This document shows positions 8,517 to 16,345 of a stretch of 64,000 bases of DNA, one piece after another. The stretch is from an uncultured Pseudomonadota bacterium (lineage in GTDB: Bacteria > Oederibacteriota > Muellerivitia > Muellerivitales > Muellerivitaceae): contig CAWIIP010000004.1 in NCBI GenBank assembly GCA_963836235.1, positions 160,001-224,000 on the forward strand, given 5' to 3'. The position numbers and the translations under genes are program-made. Positions within the stretch are counted from its first letter, which is position 1; each line of letters opens with the position of its first letter. The notes under the pieces are model-generated. The model made no database searches. It was not told the DNA's origin and saw only the letters and a list, made by a program, of their open reading frames with translations.

Positions 8517-11126
8517 ATGAGTATATCCGACGTGTTGTTACCCCGCCCAGAGGTTCTACGCAAAGAAGGCATCGAAGGAATAATCGATGTCCAAAACCTC
8601 TACGACCCCAACAAGAAGGCATTGGAGACGAGGCCTGAAGCTTTCTTTGACCTTACCTATCCCACGGGTGATGTCCGGATCGTTCTTGAAAAACTCCACG
8701 AAAGATTCAATGAGGGCGGTAAGACGCCTGGGTTGTTCCTGTTGGAAGGATTCAAGGGAAGCGGTAAGTCCCACATGGAGTTGCTGGCCTACCATCTTTT
8801 CCAAAGCAAAGAAGCCTCCCGCGTTTGGTTGGAACAGCATGGGTTGACCTGTAATCTCCCGGATAATGCCGTTGTCGTCATCCACAAGTTCACTGATTTC
8901 CCAATCGATTCCATTTGGGCTTTGGTATTCGAAAAGCTGGGGGCGAAAGCCGCCAAGTTGCCAAGCCTTAACGATTTCAAAAAAGCCCTAGGTGATAAGA
9001 AGCTCATTCTCATTTTGGACGAACTAGAAATGGGGATCCAAAACATTCAGGACTCCGCCCTTCGTTCGCAGAACATTACCTTCCTTCAGATGTTAAGTGA
9101 GGAAGCGGCTCGTTCGGAGTCGGCCTCTGTAACGATATTCGCTTCCGTGTATGATTCGAATCAAGAGCCTGGTTCCACGCTCAAGCGGGTACAGCGGATT
9201 GAAGTGAAGTTTTCTGAACCCTCCGACCGTCAGAAAGTCCTTTTCCACCGCCTCTTCAAGAAGGGGCCAGAGACGGAGACCTCTAAGATCATGGAGATTG
9301 TTAAGAGTTATGTGAACTATTGGAAGCGTTTGGGGTTGAATGTCAACGAACGTTATTTCGATGAACTGAAAAAGGCTTATCCCTTCACCCCGGAATTGTT
9401 AAAGATGTTGCTCTCGAATGTACCCAGACGGAGTTTCCAAGGGAATCGGGGACCATTGGGCCTGTTGGGATATTTAGTCCAACTCCAATACAAGAAAGCC
9501 GACCTTTTAACGGCGGCCCACTTGGACATACGGGATGCGGCCATCCGAAACCGGTTGATGGATTTAGACCCGAGCCAAAATCTCCTTCAGTGCGCCCAGA
9601 ATGATTTAAAAGATTTGAATGCGCAGAAGTTCGCTTCGGAAATTGTGTCAGCTGTTTTAACTGCCACCTTAACCAGCACGGGGAACCTTCGGGGTATTTC
9701 CGGGGAAGAATTGGCAAAGCAAGTCCTAAAGCCGGGGGATGATGTCAACGAATACAACGCGACATTACAAGCCTTCGTGAAGTATGGCACATTCTTCCAA
9801 AACGCGGAGGAGCATTACTTTTTTGATGTCCAGGAAAAGCCGAATGCTAAAGTTGAATATCATTCTCTGAGAGTTGACCCGAACGAAGCGAGGGACATTG
9901 CTTTCTATCGCTGGAAAACAAATGTCTTTGGTGATGCCCAAGCGGTTGTTCTAAAGGATGTCCAGCAAGCCAGAGCAGAGATCGCCCAACGGGATAAGAA
10001 TGCACCCCGGTTTGTTTTGGCTCCTAAACGACTCTCCAAAGATGAGCGGGTTCAGTTGTATCACGGGATGGAGAACCGCAATCTGATTCTTTTGGTGGAA
10101 CCAAAATCCGACAACTTCAATGCCCTTGAGAATAAAGATATTCAAAAATGGGCACAAAGAGCTAAGGCGGCTGGGGATTTAAAAGAAAACGCTGCCGATG
10201 CTGAAAGAAAAAGGGAATATGACAGAATTGAACGCGAAGATATGGGATACATTGAAAATGAATTTAAGAAAGCGGGTTGGGTTTACGTATCAATGCGGTT
10301 GGCTCCTGGCGCTGAAGAACTAGAGTTTGAGTTGGAGCCTTCTCCGGGTGGGCATGTAGATCAAATCAAAAAACTCATTAAGGAAACGGTGTATCCGCGC
10401 CAGATATTTGAAGAGCATCTGGCGAAGTTGTTGAAGGATGAACGTTTGCGCGGGATTGCATTTGGAAAGACTGTTCGTGATCTCAGGGCGGAGTATCGCA
10501 AGAACTTGGGTTTTCCTGTTCTCATGGCTGAAACCACTCTTATTGATTCCCTTCGTAATTTGACGACTCAAGGAAAGATCGGTTTGCGAAACGCCAGAGT
10601 TGGGCACTGTAGGAGGGCACCAACTTACAACGCGATGGAATGGGATGAGGTTCATATAACTGAACCATTTGAAGACGAGTCGAGTTCCCCACGGCCTGGA
10701 CTGCCTGTGTCGGAGCCCCTGCCGCCAATTATCGCCCCGGGTGTTGTTGGAGAACCTCTATCTCCGTCATCGAGACGGCAGTTAATCACCCTTCAAACAA
10801 CTAATTGTTCTTCAACGGGGGAACTGCGCCAGGTTATCGCCCAAAAACTCTCGGAGTCACCTGAGGCCAAAATCCGCCGGTGTCGTTTTGTGGTTTTTGT
10901 CCAGGCGCCCATGTTGGATTTGGGAACACTCCCTTCCGCTTTGCGAGGTAATTTAAACGGGGTAGCCGAGTTCAATTTGGAATTGGATATTGTTAAGGAA
11001 GGTGACTTTACCAAAGCCCAAATAGAATCAATGGCTGAACAGCTTCCGGGTTTACCTGGGGCCATCTATCGGGCGGATATGGCGGGTGATGTTGAATCGG
11101 TGGAGGTTTCCAATGCCAGGGTTTGA
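8517..11126 (+). CDS. DUF499-type / BrxC-like AAA+ ATPase
   Basis: FFDLTYPT, Walker A GFKGSGKSH, Walker B LILILDEL, YPFTPEL; AGGAGG RBS. Confidence 0.8.
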   Translation: MSISDVLLPRPEVLRKEGIEGIIDVQNLYDPNKKALETRPEAFFDLTYPTGDVRIVLEKLHERFNEGGKTPGLFLLEGFKGSGKSHMELLAYHLFQSKEASRVWLEQHGLTCNLPDNAVVVIHKFTDFPIDSIWALVFEKLGAKAAKLPSLNDFKKALGDKKLILILDELEMGIQNIQDSALRSQNITFLQMLSEEAARSESASVTIFASVYDSNQEPGSTLKRVQRIEVKFSEPSDRQKVLFHRLFKKGPETETSKIMEIVKSYVNYWKRLGLNVNERYFDELKKAYPFTPELLKMLLSNVPRRSFQGNRGPLGLLGYLVQLQYKKADLLTAAHLDIRDAAIRNRLMDLDPSQNLLQCAQNDLKDLNAQKFASEIVSAVLTATLTSTGNLRGISGEELAKQVLKPGDDVNEYNATLQAFVKYGTFFQNAEEHYFFDVQEKPNAKVEYHSLRVDPNEARDIAFYRWKTNVFGDAQAVVLKDVQQARAEIAQRDKNAPRFVLAPKRLSKDERVQLYHGMENRNLILLVEPKSDNFNALENKDIQKWAQRAKAAGDLKENAADAERKREYDRIEREDMGYIENEFKKAGWVYVSMRLAPGAEELEFELEPSPGGHVDQIKKLIKETVYPRQIFEEHLAKLLKDERLRGIAFGKTVRDLRAEYRKNLGFPVLMAETTLIDSLRNLTTQGKIGLRNARVGHCRRAPTYNAMEWDEVHITEPFEDESSSPRPGLPVSEPLPPIIAPGVVGEPLSPSSRRQLITLQTTNCSSTGELRQVIAQKLSESPEAKIRRCRFVVFVQAPMLDLGTLPSALRGNLNGVAEFNLELDIVKEGDFTKAQIESMAEQLPGLPGAIYRADMAGDVESVEVSNARV

Positions 11127-12081
11127 GAAGGTAATGGGCGTTTTAACGCGGCCTGGACGGCGGCTGGGGCCATTAGTGAATTGGCTTCAGGCGGATGTTT
11201 GGTCGGCGGAGCGTTTTCAAAACCTTCAGACCGAGAAGTATCTTTCCGATGGGGAAAAGATGGTCAAGCAGGCTGAGGAGGTTGCCTTGAGTGCCGCCTA
11301 TGGAATTTATGATGAGTTCACCGCAGAGTCCCAGAGTCGGAAATCCCTGTTGGACGAATACTCCAAAGACGTTCCGACGACGGTCGTGGTTCTGGATGGG
11401 GTATCCATCCGGGAGATTCCGCTTCTGTTGAAGCATGCCCAGGAGACGGGTTTCAAAGTGCTTGAATCATCTTACAGCTTGGCGGCGGTTCCCAGCGAAA
11501 CCCAGAGCTTTGTTGAGCAACGTGTTATTGGAAAGCGGTTGGCCCCGTCACAACTTCCTGGTCGCCGTGAATTGACGGCGTTGAATGTTTCAGCTTATTA
11601 CTACGATACCCCGATAAGGAGTTTTGAATTACCTGATGACGGAAGATCATTTCTTTTATGGTCGGCTTTCCCCGATGGAACCTACACCGATTTCGAGGCC
11701 CGAAACGCGGCCCACTTTGAGGCGATTGTCCGACAGTTCGACGTGGTTTGGAAGAACGTGATTCTGGCGATCCCGGCGGGACACCGGATCATCATCACCA
11801 GCGACCACGGATATGTTTATTTTGGGGTTGGGTTGGAATCGGATAGGAACGGGGAAGAGGCTCTCCGGTGGTTGGATCAGGATAGAGCCAAGTTCTGGGA
11901 GGAAGGCGCCGCTGGTTCGCCCGATTGCCCGGAGTTGCAGGTTGTTCCTGGAAAGCGGTTGGCGATGTTGCGTGGCCGTATTAAGAATCGCCCGCAGGGC
12001 AAAAGTGCGAATAAGGTATTCCGCCATGGCGGCATGTCCTTTATGGAGATGCTGACACCGTGGCTGGTGATTCAAAAGTAA
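11113..12081 (+). CDS. PglZ-like alkaline-phosphatase-superfamily protein (compact)
   Basis: VVVLDGVS, PSET, IIITSDHGY, HGGMSFMEMLTPW; GGAGG RBS before ATG 11113, overlapping the ATPase end. Confidence 0.8.
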   Translation: MPGFEKVMGVLTRPGRRLGPLVNWLQADVWSAERFQNLQTEKYLSDGEKMVKQAEEVALSAAYGIYDEFTAESQSRKSLLDEYSKDVPTTVVVLDGVSIREIPLLLKHAQETGFKVLESSYSLAAVPSETQSFVEQRVIGKRLAPSQLPGRRELTALNVSAYYYDTPIRSFELPDDGRSFLLWSAFPDGTYTDFEARNAAHFEAIVRQFDVVWKNVILAIPAGHRIIITSDHGYVYFGVGLESDRNGEEALRWLDQDRAKFWEEGAAGSPDCPELQVVPGKRLAMLRGRIKNRPQGKSANKVFRHGGMSFMEMLTPWLVIQK

Positions 12082-12092
12082 GGAGGCTGGTA

Positions 12093-12365
12093 ATGAGAAA
12101 CAAATCACAGTTTAGTGACCATCCCAAGGAGAAAGTGGGAACCATCCTGGACAAGGAAGTGGTTCAGCTCCTTCGTGATAAGGCGGCCCAGGAGGGCCGT
12201 GCTATCAGCGAGATCATTCAGGATGCGGTGTTGCGGTACGAGGGTTCCGATTCTTCCTCCTCGGAGATGAGGTTGGCGGCCGTCGGAAGGTTCTGTTCAA
12301 AGCCCTTCAACCTTTCGGCCAAAGACATTGATGAAATTCTAAAAGAGGATTATTACGACCAATGA
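12093..12365 (+). CDS. Ribbon-helix-helix (CopG-like) antitoxin
   Basis: KVGTILDKEVVQLLRDKAAQEGRAISEIIQDAV pattern; AGGAGG RBS; ATGA overlap with the PIN gene. Confidence 0.75.
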   Translation: MRNKSQFSDHPKEKVGTILDKEVVQLLRDKAAQEGRAISEIIQDAVLRYEGSDSSSSEMRLAAVGRFCSKPFNLSAKDIDEILKEDYYDQ

Positions 12366-12865
12366 ACCTTAAACAAATTCCCTTTGATCAATCGGTTCTC
12401 TTGGATGCGAATGTTCTTCTTTATGCCAACCAGCGCGCCTCGTTGCAGTGTGTGGGTTTGATGGAACGTTGTGCCCGAAGGGAAGTAACGGGCATTATTC
12501 CCGCGCATATCCTCGCGGAAGTCATGCACGGGCTTATGGTGGCCGAGGCTAAGGATGCCGGTTGGGTTCAAGGTTCGCAACCTGCGCGACAGTTGGCCGC
12601 TAAGCCAGAAATGGTGAAAAGACTTAACCGGTACGAGGGCTATATGCGTGATCTGCTTTCCATTGGAATAAAGCTGGAACCGATCCAGCGGGAAGATTTC
12701 CTGACCGCAATGGGATTGCAACGGAAGTACGGTTTGATGACCAATGACGCCTTACTATTGGCCGTGGGGGAACGCCTTCGAGTAACGGCCCTGGTATCCA
12801 ATGATTCCGGCTTTAAAGAAGCGCGTGGTTTTATTCAATACAGTCCCGACGATTTGGAGGCCTGA
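12362..12865 (+). CDS. vapC: PIN-domain (VapC-like) toxin
   Basis: LLDANVLLY, LAEV, GLMTNDALLLA, SNDSGF acidic PIN residues. Confidence 0.85.
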   Translation: MNLKQIPFDQSVLLDANVLLYANQRASLQCVGLMERCARREVTGIIPAHILAEVMHGLMVAEAKDAGWVQGSQPARQLAAKPEMVKRLNRYEGYMRDLLSIGIKLEPIQREDFLTAMGLQRKYGLMTNDALLLAVGERLRVTALVSNDSGFKEARGFIQYSPDDLEA

Positions 12866-12866
12866 A

Positions 12867-15800
12867 TTGACGAGACGAGCAATAGAAGATTATTTCCCCA
12901 TTGTGGACATCAACCATTTATCGGTTCCCGAAACGGTATCCTTTAAACCGATTTATACAATGCACAAATGGTTTGCCAGGAGAACCTCTTCGGTTTTCCG
13001 AGCAATCTTGCTTGGGGCGATGAAACCAGCTGGAACTAACATCATGGATGAGTTCTATAAGAATCACTCAAATGATCCTGATACCAAGGGAAAAGTTGTT
13101 CTAGATCCATTTATGGGTGGTGGAACCACCATTGTGGAATCGCTCAGATTGGGGTGTAGGGTAGTCGGGGTAGATTTGAACCCTGTGGCATGGTTCATCG
13201 TCAGGACCGAGGCTGAAGCAGCCGATCTCAAGGAACTCCAGGCGTCTTTTGTCCGACTAACCGAACATAAGGTGGGATGGTCAGGCAAGTCTCTCAAAGA
13301 AACTTTACTCGATCTTTATAAGACCCAATGCCCCGCTTGTGGAAACGCGGATGCTGATATCATTTACACTTTCTGGGTAAAATCGGCGCCTTGTACGACG
13401 GCAATCTGTGACCATTTGACACCTCTCTTTTCTGAGTTCCTTGTCACCCAAAAGAAACCCTCCATCCGTTATTTCGCAGATTGTTCCTGCCCCCAATGCA
13501 AAAAGAAGTTTGATTGGGACAGGGAGCCCGCTACGTTTGTTGGTGAGGAGAGATTGATGGTGAATTCGGGGAAGTTCTCAGCGGGGGAAGGCAGGACGAA
13601 TACGCGTTGGGCTTATTCAGAAGGTAATACTGTGAATTGCCCTTGGTGCATAGAAACAGTTCAACCTGTTTTACAGAAAACGAAGAAGGAACGGAAGAAA
13701 GTAACGCTTTCGGTATTTTATTGCCCATCCTGCGAGGAAGTGTGGCAGTTCCGCGGTGAATTGGAAGGCAAAGTTAAGTGTCCCTCCTGTAACCACGATT
13801 ACGATCCGATGGAAGGAAACTTTCCAGAGGACGGGAAGTTCATTTGTCGTGGTAAGTGCAATGGCAACTTAGATTCAGTAATCAATGCGATCCGTAAACT
13901 CAAAGAGACTGAAAGGTTTACGGCTCGGCCCTATGCCATGGAGGGTTGGTGTCCCAAATGTGGGGGTCAAAGCTCGGGAAGAAAAGTTCAAGACGACCTT
14001 TTCGGTGCAGAGGACAAAGATGAGGATGAGTACGATGCCCCGGTGGATAGCACATCCATACTCCGCAAGAACAAGGGTAAGTTTATAAAACGTATAACGG
14101 CAGCGGATTATTCCAATTACAAGGAAGCCTCGAGGGTGTGGGGGAAAGAAAAGGCAAAACTGCCACATCCTCAATCGGAAATCCCTGTTGGTGAAAAGAC
14201 AAAGTCCGGCTTGCATGCGCATCATTACTTTTATTGGAATCAAATGTTCAATGATCGTCAATTGTTGGCGTTGAGCACGTTATTGGATGCCATCAAAAAG
14301 GAGTCCAAGCAAAAATACCGAGACTTTTTACTCCTTGCTTTTTCCCACACTCTTGATGCGAATAATGAGTTTACTCGCAATAGAGCGAAGCGAAATACCC
14401 CGGGTGGCACCGCGCCTGGCGGGATATTTTCAAGGCATGACTTCCAATCCAAGTCGACTTTCTGTGAGCAAAATGTGTTCGGGACTATTTCTGGCTATAA
14501 GACTTTCTTGAATTGCTGGGATCTAGTAACGGATGGAAAAAAACACAATCTGGAACCCTATGACCGCATGATTAAAGATGGGAAGCAAATTGAATTAAGG
14601 AGTGGCGAAGGAATTGAGGCAACGAAACAAGATATGTTGCTTTCGCAATCTTCCAAAGAATTACCGGTGTCTGTTCAAGCGGACTTTGTCATTACCGATC
14701 CGCCCTATGCTGACAACGTCAATTATTCTGAGTTATCAGATTTCTTTTACGTTTGGCTGAGGTTGATACTGAAGGACGATCACAAACATTTTCAACCAGA
14801 ATATACCCCCAAGGCCGAGGAGATAATTGAAAATCCAACGCGTGGTAAGACCACAGAGGATTTCCAAAAGGGACTTCAGGGAGTTTTTGAAGAATGTAAG
14901 CGGCACTCAAAGGAAGACGCTTTGCTGGTGTTTACCTTTCATCATTCAGAGGGGGCCGCTTGGGAAGCTTTATTAAACGCTGTTTGTGAGGCGGGTTTTT
15001 GTGTCGAAGCAGTTTATCCGGTTCAAAGTGAAGCCGAATCCTCAATGCACTTACAGGGTAACGAGGCAATATCCTACGATTTAATTCATGTTTGTCGTAA
15101 GAGGCCTGTTGAAAGCGAAGTTGAAAGGCGGTCTTGGGCTGGTATCCGGCAGGAAATACGCCGAAAGGCCCGTGAGGAAGCGACGGTCATCCAAGGTGGA
15201 CGATACGGGAATGAACCTTTAAGTCCTGCCGACGCCAATATTCTACTCATTGGCAAATGCCTGGAACTTTACAGTCGCCATTACGGGGCTGTTGTGGATC
15301 ACGAGGATAAGCCCGTTCCGCTTCGAAAAGCATTGGAAGAAATAAAGATGATGGTGGATCAGATAGTGACAAAGGAAGATCCTCTTCCAACTGAGTTGGC
15401 CGATATCGACATCCCGTCCTACATTTACTTCACTTCACTTTGTAATCGCAGGGAAATCAGCGGTGACGACCTGAGTAAGAGTACTCGCGGTATCGTGGAA
15501 ACTTCGGTATTGCGGGATTGTGGGTTGCTGGTGAAAGGCCGCCAGAAGGGTGGTCGGACATTTGAGGTGAAGCGTCCTGGGGAACGGTTAAATGATTTGA
15601 AGTCGGCCTTTAAGAATGGGATGGATGACAAGCAGGGCGATATGTTTGGTGAAGTCGTTCAGGCGGTACTCCCGAAGGGAACCATCTTCGCTGATTGTAT
15701 CCAGCTATTGTTGGGGCTTTCAGAGAGCGGAGAGAACCTTCTTCCGTGGTTGGAGAAGTTCCGTGGTATGCGGCCCCAAGTCCGCGCCGCTATGGAGTAT

Positions 15801-15884
15801 ATGGCGAAACGTAATAAGAACTTTGCACCGTCAGCCCAAAAGGTGCTGGCGCTCATCGATGAAAAGACGTTGTTCGGATCGTGA
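12867..15884 (+). CDS. DUF1156-type N6-adenine DNA methyltransferase with multiple Zn ribbons
   Basis: MHKWFARR, motif I LDPFMGGGT, motif IV TDPPY, many CxxC pairs between them; probable TTG start at 12867 after GGAGG (ORF is open from 12801). Confidence 0.85.
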   Translation: MTRRAIEDYFPIVDINHLSVPETVSFKPIYTMHKWFARRTSSVFRAILLGAMKPAGTNIMDEFYKNHSNDPDTKGKVVLDPFMGGGTTIVESLRLGCRVVGVDLNPVAWFIVRTEAEAADLKELQASFVRLTEHKVGWSGKSLKETLLDLYKTQCPACGNADADIIYTFWVKSAPCTTAICDHLTPLFSEFLVTQKKPSIRYFADCSCPQCKKKFDWDREPATFVGEERLMVNSGKFSAGEGRTNTRWAYSEGNTVNCPWCIETVQPVLQKTKKERKKVTLSVFYCPSCEEVWQFRGELEGKVKCPSCNHDYDPMEGNFPEDGKFICRGKCNGNLDSVINAIRKLKETERFTARPYAMEGWCPKCGGQSSGRKVQDDLFGAEDKDEDEYDAPVDSTSILRKNKGKFIKRITAADYSNYKEASRVWGKEKAKLPHPQSEIPVGEKTKSGLHAHHYFYWNQMFNDRQLLALSTLLDAIKKESKQKYRDFLLLAFSHTLDANNEFTRNRAKRNTPGGTAPGGIFSRHDFQSKSTFCEQNVFGTISGYKTFLNCWDLVTDGKKHNLEPYDRMIKDGKQIELRSGEGIEATKQDMLLSQSSKELPVSVQADFVITDPPYADNVNYSELSDFFYVWLRLILKDDHKHFQPEYTPKAEEIIENPTRGKTTEDFQKGLQGVFEECKRHSKEDALLVFTFHHSEGAAWEALLNAVCEAGFCVEAVYPVQSEAESSMHLQGNEAISYDLIHVCRKRPVESEVERRSWAGIRQEIRRKAREEATVIQGGRYGNEPLSPADANILLIGKCLELYSRHYGAVVDHEDKPVPLRKALEEIKMMVDQIVTKEDPLPTELADIDIPSYIYFTSLCNRREISGDDLSKSTRGIVETSVLRDCGLLVKGRQKGGRTFEVKRPGERLNDLKSAFKNGMDDKQGDMFGEVVQAVLPKGTIFADCIQLLLGLSESGENLLPWLEKFRGMRPQVRAAMEYMAKRNKNFAPSAQKVLALIDEKTLFGS

Positions 15885-15893
15885 GGTAACGAA

Positions 15894-16334
15894 ATGCCTG
15901 GTTACATATTGGTCGAACAAAAATCACTGACGCCACCCATGCCGCCTGGAAGGGGGCTGACCGCGAATCAAACTCGTATTGGGTTCGCTGACTTCCTCCG
16001 TGAATTGGAATCGGATACATTTCCCTACGATGAGAACAGCAGTTTGCTGGTGGTGGGTTTGGAAGACATTCTCATAGGTTCCCGCCCCGACATGGAGGGT
16101 ATGGCCAAAATGATCCATGCGAAGCTTCAAAAGGCGGCTGGACCATTCAATGACCGTAACTGTGGGTTTGTTCAAATAGCATTCCGCAGACCGCTAAAGC
16201 GTGGCGACCGGTTGGTGGTGGATCACGAAGTTGGGGAACTCCCAATCTATTTGATCTTTGGATCTCCACCTGATGAAGACATTAATGGGATTAAGATTTT
16301 CAGAAGGGATTTCAATTTGAGCAGTCTGACTTGA
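15894..16334 (+). CDS. Small hypothetical protein in the methylase-helicase operon (possible BrxB-like inactive P-loop fold)
   Basis: Tightly coupled between methylase and helicase; LLVVGLEDIL resembles a degenerate Walker B strand. Confidence 0.55.
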   Translation: MPGYILVEQKSLTPPMPPGRGLTANQTRIGFADFLRELESDTFPYDENSSLLVVGLEDILIGSRPDMEGMAKMIHAKLQKAAGPFNDRNCGFVQIAFRRPLKRGDRLVVDHEVGELPIYLIFGSPPDEDINGIKIFRRDFNLSSLT

Positions 16335-16345
16335 AGGAGGGTGAA

